From contig CM060734.1 in NCBI GenBank assembly GCA_030704615.1, positions 35,836,001 to 35,900,000 on the forward strand: a stretch of 64,000 nucleotides of DNA, in the 5' to 3' direction. Below, piece after piece: positions 51,846-63,839 of the stretch. The translations under genes and the position numbers were made by a program. The notes beneath the pieces were generated by a model. It did no database searches. It saw only the letters and a program-made list of their open reading frames with translations, and had not been told where the DNA came from. The stretch's first letter is position 1, and each line of letters begins with the position of its first letter. This DNA comes from Takakia lepidozioides (taxonomy: Eukaryota; Plantae; Bryophyta).

Positions 51846-52755
51846 ACCTCTCCCTTGTGTACTTCTGCAGCCTCTTGCTCTTCTTGGCTAATGCGGATGG
51901 AATATCAAACAGCATTTGACTCGAGAAGAAAGCCTGGCTTATCTTTGAGAGCTACAGACCATGATATTGCCTCACCAACCCCTGTGAGGTAAAGGGCGAT
52001 AGGAAAGCGGGAAGCACATCACAATTTATCCAATCATCCCACCAGACATCAATAGCTGCAACTCACCATGCTCAAGTAGGCAACGAAGGTGGCAAATGAA
52101 AGAACCGAAAACGTGATTCAAAGAGCCTTACTCTAAATCATATTGAAGCCTAAAGCTGGCCAATGACGAGACAACAACTACGCTTGCAAAACCCTACAAA
52201 AAGTGCCATTGCCTCTGCCCTCTGATTGAGAGCTTGTATAGCCATAGCCCCACTTGAACTGCGAGTGTAACCCAACTATACAGAAGGTTGGAGGGCAGGG
52301 CAAATGAAGATTAAAGTGACCAGCAAGATTAGATCTCTAGACCCTACATTACTAATGTGGCATCCGGTATTCCTCCACAGTTGCTCCAACTTGATTGCTT
52401 TTGGAAGAACAGACAATTACTGTTGGCCCATTCCAATGGAATCGTTCACTATGCAGACTGTCAAGGGATCTTTGTCTTGGCCAAAAAGAAACTAGAACAG
52501 CAATAAATAGTGTCTGTAATTTGGATCTTGCATTCTTTTGAATTTGAGTAAGAGGCAGGCTTGTCTCCAAGCCCAGACTTTGTTCTGGCGTACTGCAAAG
52601 TGTGATCTTTGTATTGTGTGAACTCAAGAGCTTCATAGGAGATCTTCAGATCCTGAGGGTGATTCTTGAGATGTTTTACAATCTCATTTCACTTGGCATT
52701 GGTGGGTAAATGAATCCCCTGTGTCTCACATCTTGTCCCCACTTCCTCCCTCACT

Positions 52756-55700
52756 ATGTCATGGAGTTCGCGACGGCACACCTCCCGAAAAGCAGGAGGA
52801 AAGTCAATCTCGAGTTTAAGATTCTCAACTCTTTCATTAAAAGAGGACATCTTTTCTCCCATGCTTTCCTTCCAATTAGGTGACAATACGAAACACCCAT
52901 CAGTTTCCTTTCTTGGGTTGCATGGAATCCAGTCTTGGAATTGCCTGGGCAAAAATCACACAGGATGGTTAGATAAGGCTGATGTTTGGTATATCTGGCA
53001 CGAAGGTCAACGCCGGAGCATGGAACAGCGCTGGCAGGAGTTCCTTAAAGATCCTTCACAATGGTGGGACTGCAGTGTTGACAAGGTGAGCTTTCTTCAT
53101 GTAGGATTGACGGAGTCTGAGTGAGTTCGACGTAACTCTGGTATGATCGTATTGTGTGGACTGAATTGTACCGGTAGCTGTCGAATGACGTTGAAATCTC
53201 GCTTTGCTCTGCAGAAATTCTTTTACTTTCAATTTCGTAGGTTGTTCTTCCTAAGCAGGGCATGAAAATTAAGATGCGCAAGGTCTTGTCCATGGAATCT
53301 GTAAGGAACTTGGGAGGGTTGAGACTGTTTCTGCTCAGCTGCTCCCTGGTCGTTTTCCCAGACCACTCCAAAGTCTCCAGACTGCAGATTTAAGCAGCGT
53401 ACGCAAGAGGGCTTGTGGATGGAGAGTTGGATCGATCCACCTTGGGTGAAAAGAAAATTAATTCTCATGCCACAAGATCAAGAGCTGTCTAGTGATGGTG
53501 GAAAGATATCAGAGTGTGGTTCTGAGTCTGGTGTAGATGGTGGAGCTCCTTCTAAGCTTCTTCCAGAGGAAAGTGAGTATGACCTGATTAGAGGGGCACT
53601 GTTGTCATGCACAAATCTGTGTAAATTTGGTCATGTTTCCATTTTGTAGAGTCCAATGGAGGTCATAGCGACTTGCATGAATGTTGTTGAAACCTACACT
53701 AGCACTCTTCCGTAAAGGAACCTGTCAAAGTGTTGATGCTGTCAGAGTTTTGGGCACGAAGGTCTACCTTGGAGCATGGAGCAGCGTTGGGATGAATTTC
53801 TTAAAAATCCTTCACAATGGGGGGACAACCGCAATGACAAGGTGTGGCTTTCTTAATATGAAGAAGTTTGTCCGTTCTGCAAAAATGGGCTCTTTCTGTC
53901 AGTATAGTGGGTTTTTTTTTTTTTTTCTGGTGTTTACAAGGTACTCAGGAGGCTCATCTTGGTCTTAGGAGGCTGTGTTTACATCTATTCAGCTGCACTG
54001 TGGTGGTTCTCACAGACCAATCCGAGATCACCCAAGTACAGACGCAAGCAGCACAAACGAAAGGTCCTTTGGGTTGACGGTTGGTTGAATCCTCCTTGGG
54101 TGGGAAAAAAACTAGCTGCTTTCATGACACAAGGTCAAGGACAATGTGGTGAGGGCACCTTCTTCTTCTACACATTTCAACCTCTTCTGTTTTCTTATCA
54201 GGGTCGCCCCTAATTCTTCAGGTTGAGTTCTGCAAGTTAGCTTGTTGGGTGGATCTGCAGTGGTTTTGAGTATTTTGACATGTTACTGCAAATTGTCCAA
54301 AAACAGAAAACAGAGACAAGGAGAAGCTTTGGAAGGAAATTTTTTTGGACCCCAGTCAGTGGCGGGACAATGAAGGCAAAAAGGTGAGTCTGTTGAATTT
54401 ATAGAGGGAAGCAGACAAAAAGATGCATCGCATCTCTTTCTTGGAATTTGTCATCCTCTCTCTCTCCCTAGCACGTCTTTGTCAGCTGCTAGCAGCAAGG
54501 GGAGGATATATGCATTATTGGTGCTGAGGCAGGGATAGCTGAAGGAGCATGGATGGAGTGTGGGTCCAGATTCAGCCAAGGGGGCCGGATTTCAAGCACA
54601 AGATTAACCATGAATCCCTGTCGATTGATAGCTACAAGAGAATCCATAATACCTCTTCTGGCTCTTCTGGGCATGTGAGCATGCTATGTGAGGCAGCACA
54701 ACTGAAAGAGGCTCTATGGACCTTAAACCAAGGAGGCATTTCAGCAGATTCAGATACTTATGGCTGTCTCTTGCATAAGTGCATCAAGATGAAAGACCTA
54801 GAAGCGGGAAAGCAGGTGCATGCTCACATTATCCAAAGTGGATTCAAGCCAAACGTTTTTCTGCACAATACCCTTGTAAACATGTATGTTAAATGTGGGA
54901 GCATCGTGGATGCAAACCAAGTATTCAACAAAATGCCTAAACGCAGTTTGATCACGTGGAATATAATGGTGGCAGGATTTACCAAGCATGGGTGTGGTCA
55001 GAATGCCTTGGAGACATATGAGCAAATGATGTGGGAAGGTGTGAAGCCCGACCGGATCACGTTTGCTTGCCTTTGCAATGCGTGTGCGAGCCTGGCAGAC
55101 CTGGAAAAGGGCAAAGAGGTCCATAGTGACATTGTCGAAGCTGGAATTGTACCAGATGTTATTCTGAACACTGCCCTGATGAAAATGTATGTCAAATGTG
55201 GGCGCATTGAGGATGCGAAGGGAGTGTTCAACAATATGGCCGAACGAGATGTGGTGTCATGGACCACAATGATCGCCGGATATGCCCAGCATGGCTGCGG
55301 GATGGAGGCTTTGGAGACCTATAAGCAAATGAAGCAGCAAGGGGTGAAGCCAGACCAGGTCACGTTCATTTGCATTTGCAATGCTTGTGCGAGCCTGGCA
55401 GCCCTGGAAGAAGGCAAAGAGGTCCATGTTGACATCATCAAAGCTGGAATTGTGCCAGATGTCATTCTGAACAATGCCCTCCTGGACATGTATGCCAAAT
55501 GCGGGAGCATGAAGGATGCAAAGGGAGTGTTCGACAACATGACTGAACAAAATGTGGTGTCCTGGAGTGCTCTTATGGCAGGATATGTCCAGCATGGCTG
55601 TGGGATGGAGGCTTTGGAGACCTATGAGCAAATGATGCGGGAAGGGGTGAAGCCGGACCAGGTCACGTTTGTCTGCGTCTGCAATGCATGTGTGAGCCTG

Positions 55701-57992
55701 GCAGCCCCAGAAAAGGGCAAAGAGGTCCACGGCGATATCATCAAAGTTGGAATTGTACCTGATGTCATTCTCAACACTGCCCTGATAAAAATGTATACCA
55801 AATTTGGCAGAATCCAGGATGCAAAGGGAGTGTTCGACAGTATGGCTGAACGAAATGTGGTGACCTGGAACGTGATGATCGCAGGATGTGCTCAGCATGG
55901 TTGTGGGATGGAGGCTTTGGAGACCTATGAGCAAATGATGCAGCAAGGGGTGAAGCCTGACCTCGTGACATTCGTTTACGTTTGCAATGCTTGTGCGAGC
56001 CTGGCAGCCCTTGAAAAGGGCAAAGAGGTCCATGGTTACATTATCAAAGCTGGAATTGTACCAGATGTCATTCTAAACAACAGCCTTGTGGACATGTATG
56101 CCAAAGGCGGGAGCATCAAGGATGCAAGGGGAGTGTTCGACAATATGGCTGAACGAGATGTGGTGTCGTGGAATGCCATGATCACAGGATATGCACAGCA
56201 GGGGCGTGGGATGGAGGCTTTGGAGACCTATGAGCAAATGATGTGTGAAGGGGTGAAACCCGACCGGGTCACGTTCATCTGCATTTGCAATGCTTGTGCG
56301 AGCCTGGCAGCCCTGGAAAGAGGCAAAGAGGTCCATGGTGACATCATCAAAGTTGGAATTGTGCCAGATGTCATTCTGAACAATGCCCTCCTGGACATGT
56401 ATGCCAAAGGCGGGAGCATCGAAGATGCAAAGGGAGTGTTCGACAACATGGCTGAACGAAATGTGGTGTCTTGGAATGCGATGATTGCAGGATATGTCCA
56501 GCATGGGTGCGGGATGGAGGCCTTGGAGACCTATGAACAGATGATGGGGGAAGGAGTGAAGCCGGACCGTGTCACGTTCGTTGGCATTTGCAATGCTTGT
56601 GCGAGCCTGGCAGCCCTGGAAAAGGGAAAAGAGGTCCATGGTGACATCATAAAAGCTGGAATTGTACCAGATGTCATTCTGAACAATACCCTGGTGGACA
56701 TGTATGCCAAATGTGGGTGCATCGAGGATGCCAAGGGAGTGTTCAACAATATGGCCGAACAAGATGTGGTGTCCTGGAACACGATGATCGCAGGATTTGC
56801 ACAGGATGGGTGTGGTATGGAGGCTTTGGAGACCTATGAACAAATGATGTGGGAAGGGGTGAAGCCGGACCGTGTCACGTATGTTTCTGTTTGCAATGCT
56901 TGTGCGAGTCTGGCAGCCCTGGAAAAGGGCAAGGAGGTTCATGGCAATATCATCAAAGCGGCAATTGTACCAGATGTCATTCTCAATACTGCCCTCGTGG
57001 ACATGTATGCCAAATGCGGGAGCATCAAGGATGCAAAGGGAGTGTTCAGCAATATGGCAGAACGAAATGTGGTGTCATGGACTGCGATGATTGCAGGATA
57101 TGCCCAGCATGGTTGTGATATGGAAGCCCTGCAACTATTGGACGAAATACAAGCGGAAGGCCTGAAGCTGGACAGCATCACTTTTATATGTGTTCTCTCT
57201 GCATGTAGCCATGCTGGCCTAGTGGATGAAGGTAGATACTACTTCAACTCCCTGAGTCAAGATCATGGCATCACTCCAGCAGTGGAGCACTTTGGCTGCA
57301 TGGTGGACCTTCTTGGCCGTGCAGGGCGACTGGATGAGGCAGAGGACTTCATTAATAAAATGCCAATCAAACCAAATCCTGTGGTGTGGAGGGCCTTGCT
57401 TGGCGCCTGCAGAATTCATTGCAATGTGGAGATGGCTGAACGTGCGGCAACATCTATTCTCAAGTGCGATGAACAAGATGCTGCAACTTATGTGCTGCTA
57501 TCAAATATCTATGCCGCAGCTGGCAGGTGGGACGAAACTGCAAAGGTGAGAAAAATGATGAATGTCAGAGGGGTTAGAAAGGAGCCAGGTCGCTGCTGCA
57601 TTGAGGTTGGCAACAGGGTGCACACCTTTGTTGTAGATGACAAACTGCATCCCAAAATCGAGGAAATCCATGCTGAGCTGAGAAGATTGTCTGGGCAGAT
57701 GAAGGAGGCAGGGTATGTGCCTGACGCGCGCTTTGTATTGCATAATGTGGGGGAGGAGCAAAAGGAACTTTCTCTCTGCCACCATAGTGAGAAGCTGGCC
57801 ATTGCTTTTGGGCTTATCACCACGGCCCCTGGAATGCCTCTCCATCTCATCAAGAATCTTCGGGTGTGTGGTGACTGCCACACCGCCACCAAGTTCATCT
57901 CAAAGATTGTCGGCCGAGCAATTGTTGTACGGGACGCCAACCGCTTTCACCACTTTGAAGATGGGGTTTGTTCCTGTGGGGATTACTGGTGA
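52756..57992 (+). CDS. PDF-motif (OSB-type ssDNA-binding)-PLS-PPR-E-DYW fusion protein; predicted exons 52756-53085, 53362-53572, (~53750-53841), (54016-54148), 54307-54383, 54570-57992
   Basis: Large exon: IQPRGPDFKHK, 26 PLS motifs, E1/E2, HHSEKLA, CGDCH, DYW*. Upstream exons encode W.EF..DPSQWWD...K | .P..P...K....LW......PPWV repeats with GT-AG sites. The PPR-DYW part is near certain; the 5' exon chain is predicted. Confidence 0.85.
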
Positions 57993-59642
57993 AACGATGT
58001 TTTCCTGGTAAAGTGTGAGTGTCTTGCTTCATTCATTGGTCTGCATAGCTACTTTGTTCATCCACCATTTCTGGAGAATATTGGCTGTGATGTACTTTTG
58101 AGGCATTTCCTCTGGCATATCAACCTCTCAAAAGCCCATAGTGGGTTCTACCCAGCATAGGTGGAAAAGTCAGCTCATAATTGCACCTGACTGGAGCAGT
58201 TAATGAGTAAAGTTCGGGGGGGGGTTTCACTGACTCTGGTTATGATAAGCAGAGTGCTGTGCAGATTGTGGTGTGGATAGGGAGCTTCTTCTGAGCTTGA
58301 AGATGAAAGTGAATGTGATTTGGACTGAGCTCGATTAGAGGGGTAGCCATGCACAATTTGTTCAGTATCTTAAACTTGGACATGTACGTATGTATGAACT
58401 TCAGATAGTGCCCTCGACTAACTTGCATGAATGCTGTCAAAAGCCAGCCTTAACCTAATCCCGGGGTGGCCACAAGTGAGTTGTAGTTTGTGGTAGGCCA
58501 ATTGTCTATAGTTCCATGCTCGGATCAGCGATACTGCTTGTGTTACAGGATGCTATACAACCACTTTGCCTGGCTGTCATGGGCTAGGCCTCTCACCCTC
58601 AATCTATATCCACATCATATTGCAAGAATCCTTGCAACTGCCTCCGAGCCAAGCCAACATTTTCAAGCGGTGGTTTGCAATTGAAGTGCATTCCTTCGGC
58701 CACTTCTTGAGTTTCCAATGCAAATGTCGGGCTCTATCTCACTCTAATAGTGTCCAATCTTGAAAGTGATGTGACTCAGTCTCCAAGGATTCTGTTGTGC
58801 TTAACCTTGTAGCAGGAATCGGTGAAGGGCTTTGGGTACTTCAACCATTATAGTACTCCACAGCTCTGACATAGAACTCTATTTCAGGTAAGAAGTGAAG
58901 GTTTTGCACATCCTCTTGTACATAATAGAGATATAGGAGATATATAGAGCCTTGGCCCTGAATGAAAGGGGGCAATACCGCAAGGGGGAAGAGGCTCTTA
59001 TTTGTGCCAACTTTGGCTGTGTTGTTTCCCTTTTCTATATAGGAGAACTTTGTCATGAGCAATGAACAGAAGCTGCATAACCGCTTCTTACACACTTCAT
59101 GGTTGAGGCCCAAGACCTCACTTTAACATGGACACAAAGATAGAAGTTCGTGCACTTTCTTGTCTTGTTATGTCCCTTCTCCACAGCTTTTGGTGGCAGT
59201 CACAATTTTAATATCTCCACAATAGTATCAGTTTGAGATGAGCAGGTCCTGGTAGATGCCCATGCGGCACTTGCTGCACAACTCATAGTAACAACCTTCT
59301 CACTGATGCTCTCTACTCTTGGCAAATTTGCCCATGTCAAATCCCACTGTCAACCTTCTGGGTGGGTGGACACTTCAGTTTTGAGGAGCTTGTAAATGGC
59401 CCATGTTGGCTGCTGTGTCTCCATGCTCTGGACATCCTCCTTTTTGGTTCATTCCAAGTTAAGACCATGCATGTGAAGATAATGTGACAGAGTCCAATCC
59501 AACTGTACCAGCAAAACGTCCAATATTCATACAAACAGTTCCCCACTTGCTTTCCCAATATTAGTACACCTCCTCTACTCACAGAAGAGCAGCGTGTCTA
59601 GAAAGAATGTTAGGCGACGACAAATGAGGGAAGACACAGGTC

Positions 59643-62332
59643 CTATAACTGGGCACTGCGTTGATGAACACGGGCCTTTTCAGCATCAATAATTGAACAG
59701 AGGTCAGACACAGTGTGCTCTAGCTGGCCATCAGCATTGACTACCACATAGTCAAAGTCACTCATTAACTTCACCTCATCCCGAGCAGTGGCTATCCTAA
59801 TCAAGAGCTTGTCTAAGCTCTCTGTCTTCCTCTCCACCAGCCGCTGCACCAAAGCCAGCTCACTCTCTGCAACCATGAAGATGAACACTGCATTCTGCCC
59901 TAGAATTTGGCGAACTGTAGCAGCTCCTTGCACGTCCAATCGCAATAGCACATCTTTCCCTTCACTTATGCTTTTCTGCACCTGGCCACCCCCGACAATA
60001 AAAGCACATTTCTCTCCCTTTCAGTAGAGCGAAACTCAATGGTAAACATTACCTACAGCAGTCAATGTTAAGACTGGCACAAGAGGGGTTATATCACCAG
60101 GTTGGAGGACCACAGTACTACGCAGCAGCAAACCCTTACATCTTCTAGTAAAATACACAACCAAGTATGGGAACATTCATATCCTGGTTGCAGTAGATAT
60201 GCCACACAAAACATCTCTTTTCTCTGGCCTGCTAGATTGTAGACTACCACTGTTTGGCAACACACAAAACCTTTGCTACCATGGCTCATGAAGGAGGATG
60301 TGGAGACGAGCATCCCTCAGAAGGAAGAGGTGGCTGTGCAACCTCTGTAAACTGTTCTTTCTGCTAATACTCAGATATTCAGTTCATGCACATGAAATGA
60401 AAAACTTATAAGAAAATTAGTGTGAATCTGGCTTGTAGTTGAGACCTCAGTTAAAAAGGCAGTTTTCTCCTTGCATGGGCAGACTATCGTGTGAGTACAG
60501 CTGACAGGGGAACAAGGTCTTGACTGTCTTTTCTCACTTCTGACATCCGAGATTGCAAGAACAAAGACCAGAATGAGCACAATGGCAACACCTGCTTCTT
60601 AGGAATGCCCTTGTAGTCACCATACACCACCGCATGTTCAAGAAGCTCATCCCGAGCAATCATGCCTTGAAACTCAGGCTTGGTAACGAAGTAGTAATCC
60701 TTCCCTTCCACTTCACCAGGCCGTCTAGGTCGACTTGTTGCTGTCACTACAAAATGGATGTCACTCTTCACCTCTTGCAGCCTCTGCTAGAGACACATAA
60801 TCACCCACTCGTATCATAATGGTGTGCACAATCTCACTCTTCCTGCCATGGTCGTACTCTGTTTATGTCATGCTCTTCTGAACAGCAGGTTAATCCAGCT
60901 GGAACACAAGGTAACTGATGGCCAGGATAGTGTCTGTCCCCTCATACAATGTCCTCTCGTACATTCCTTTTAAGTTTGGCATGATACTTCCCTGAACTTG
61001 TTTCCAGTGAGAGGACCTTAAGGATGATCTGAAGGGCCCACCTACCCTTGGCACTAGACCTGAAATTTAAACACAGGGCAGTACCCTCACCTTTGAACAA
61101 TAAACAGATGCAGAGAGGAAAAGGAGATTGTAATTGCCCGATGTGCAGGAAGCCTGAAGACATATCCATTTTCTGATACATTGTTCGGGATATCCTCACC
61201 AGAGAGTGACTCTCTTCAGGAACATCAAGAACATTGTCCCTGCACTTCTGTCCAACAACTTTGAAAGTGTTGAGGCTGAACCTAAAGCCATGGCCCAGTT
61301 GGGGTCTAATTGCTGGGCAGATCACACCCATCAGGTTGATGCTTGTGTGAAGGGCTTTCTAGAGGATATCTGGAAAGCCCAAACTAATTGTCTATACCAA
61401 GGTAAGTCCCACTGTCGGATTGAGCCCCGCACAAAGGTGGCGTTGATTTCCACCCAAACTGGGCGCATGGTCTGGCCACAAGGCCACAGCAAACAACGTC
61501 TTACGGGTATATTCTCTCTCGCTAGGATTTATTATGATGGCTAAGTCCTTGGTAACACCACTCAAGAATTGCCTAATCCCAAGTGAGTTGGGAATTGTTT
61601 GCCTAACATTGTTAAATTAGCAGTGGTCACTGCAAGCCCTAAAGCAACACCCAATCACTCTATGCTAGGCAAAGCACAGATGAATAATCATGTCACCTAC
61701 TCTCTTTCTCTCTCATTAAACATATCTTTCCCCCCACCTTGATAACTGCATCTTTGCCAACCCCACTTGGGCCGCTGATAACAACGACCAGAGGCTTTTG
61801 GGCGGGTGCCTGTGGTCGGTGGTCGAGGGGAGATCCCAACGCATGCTCCAATTCCTTTATTATTGAATCCTACACCCACATTACTGACAAAGTAAACCCC
61901 TCAGGATGGACCTGCTGCAATCTTCAACTTCTTTCAACATCCACTAGCAAAGCATTGAAACGTCATAACAATCTGCACACTTCTAACCATGGATAGACAT
62001 TCAGAGGTGACCTTAGTGGAAGGTTTAGCGGCTTTCATAACGTCGCTAGATGCAGCAGCAGTCTGTGTACCTGCATAACACTTCCTCCCCTGTACTCTAA
62101 TGGAAAACCTTCTAACAACGCCTAAATGCCGGATCGAATTTGGCGCAGGCGGACTCCGAACGCTGATGGCTTGAACAGCGACACAGTGAGAAGACGAATG
62201 AAGACCAGAGAAAGCCGCATAAACTCTCGAAAACGCACAAGAATTGGGGCGGATGACAGCACGATGGAACCCGTTGCTAAACCCTACCAACTTCCCTTTC
62301 AGGAAAGGCACAGCAATGGCTATGCCTGTCAT
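59643..62332 (-). CDS. GK3: Organellar guanylate kinase; exons 62332-62012, 61869-61738, 60783-60592, 59981-59643
   Basis: Transit-peptide-like first exon, [13 protein letters not shown]-loop, [38 protein letters not shown]; phase-0 GT-AG introns. Confidence 0.93.
60972..61540 (+). mobile_element. LINE 3'-end fragment in a guanylate kinase intron (also copied at 51480-51845)
   Basis: Degenerate ...[16 protein letters not shown]...HFLIHC zinc-finger region; ends in a short ttat-type tail. Confidence 0.55.
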
Positions 62333-62868
62333 TGAACTCTCGCCTTTCCCACCACGGCCTCTTCTGTGCAGATACCACGATAAATACAGCGACGACGCTA
62401 TCACAAGGTACATTAAACAGACCCCCTCCCGTGCACCAGCAGAGCTCCCGCACACGAGACGCTCTGACATCGCCTTCGCACTCTGCAGCTCGCGATTGCC
62501 CAGGAACACGACGACCATAACCACCTCACTTTTCGTTCGTCCCTTCCACTTCCACCCCCTCCGTCCAAAATATTTTTCTCGTTCGTTCACACCAAAAATC
62601 TTCTTTAGGCCCCGGCGAATTTCCTTTTTTTGGCGAATTCTCGCCAAATGGCGACCTCAAAAAATAAAAAATAATATTCTGTCGCAAATTCCCTGTTTTT
62701 TCATGGATGAAATCGCCAAATTTCTCCAAATAAAGATAAATTATGAATCAATTTGCCAAATATGGATGGATTAAAGTACGGATGAGGATGATTCTATCCT
62801 AATTTGAATGGATGAACAGAATGTATGCCTATTTTTTTGCAAAACTCTGTAACCACTCGTGCTATTTT

Positions 62869-63097
62869 TATTTTTTATGTTTTTAATCTAAAAGGAAACC
62901 TGGGAGCGACAGCCCACAATTCAGGTCCTTGAAAAAATTAACCCCCTTTCATTCATGGGCAATGAGACCTACAGGACGATCAACGCCCAGACATACTGTC
63001 ACGAACAATCCCACACACGGGGCAGGGAGCGGGTTTGAACCCCGAACCACCAGGGCGACACACTGTGCACAAACCAGCTGAGCTACCTGCCGATATG
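62869..63097 (-). mobile_element. tRNA-derived SINE, full length with TSD, inserted into a MITE-like repeat
   Basis: Minus strand reads ggtagctcagctgg (A box), ggttcaaacc (B box), A-rich tail; 11-bp TSD cgtgctatttt at 62858-62868 and 63098-63108. Confidence 0.85.
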
Positions 63098-63240
63098 CGT
63101 GCTATTTTCCAAATTTCAAAAATAACGCTTAGGGTTGCTAGCCTGTTGCTATTTATCACATTTATTTATCTATTTATTTAATGTATATATATATATGGCG
63201 GGGTTGAATGGGAAAATGGGAGAGAGACTGCGAGGGTCTC

Positions 63241-63329
63241 GGGCCCGCGACGGTCTCGTGGGATTTGACGCTACGCAGCGCAGCGCTCGAGCGCGCTCAT
63301 AAATCCAGCGTCTCGCACTAGAACCCTAA
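63241..63329. promoter_or_regulatory. Putative promoter elements between the divergent GK and CUE genes
   Basis: gggccc (site II-like) at 63241 and aaccctaa (telo-box) at 63322, just upstream of a probable 5' UTR exon. Confidence 0.35.
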
Positions 63330-63839
63330 TACCTTGTAAGCTGATCGGCCCTTGGGATTGCTGCTCTCGCAAGCCCCATCCTCTATCCCTTCCCCATCCC
63401 GTCTCAGTGCTAAGGTAGCAGATCATCTCATCTGGATCGAGTCGGGTTGCTGTCTTGTGTTTCTCTTAGCTTGTGCTGTAAGTGATGACCTGTGTCCATC
63501 CTTCCTTCCTTATCCGCTCGCAACTTTCATGTTCATTTTCGTCGTGAAGGCTGTTGTGGTTGTATTGATTTGGCCGTGTTCATGTGGCTGAATCCTCTTG
63601 GTGGGGGTCTGGTTGCGAAACAGGTTGTGTATGAGAGAGAATTTTGAGGGACGGCAGGATATGGCCTTTGTCGTGAATCTTATACGGCTCCAGATATGAT
63701 GCATGCGTTTGATTCTGCATCAGTCTGCATGCCGTGTCGTGGTTTAAGAGATCCAGTTTGGGTATTCTCGGTGCTGTTCCAGGTGAGGAAGTGAAAGAGG
63801 GCTTGACACTCAAGAAACTGCAAGGGGATTGTCGCTGCG

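Noticed and set aside
54798-57940. Long antisense ORFs over the PPR gene (e.g. 55257-56033, 56073-56942; similar ones over 31712-34327)
   Set aside because: Shadow frames caused by repetitive, codon-biased PPR sequence; no independent protein features
57740-57992. Possible U-to-C (KP-type) editing domain
   Set aside because: Both proteins have canonical HSEK and end in DYW, matching C-to-U domains
31440-62332. Operon-like cluster of organelle gene-expression genes (two PPR-DYW, RbfA, organellar GK)
   Set aside because: PPR genes are very numerous in such genomes and ITPK intervenes; no shared regulatory signal seen, so chance adjacency is sufficient
61934-62647. 237-aa ORF as the full guanylate kinase first exon
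   Set aside because: Its 5' end runs into a dispersed repeat and starts at a non-ATG codon; ATG 62332 gives a normal transit peptide, though an upstream ATG cannot be excluded
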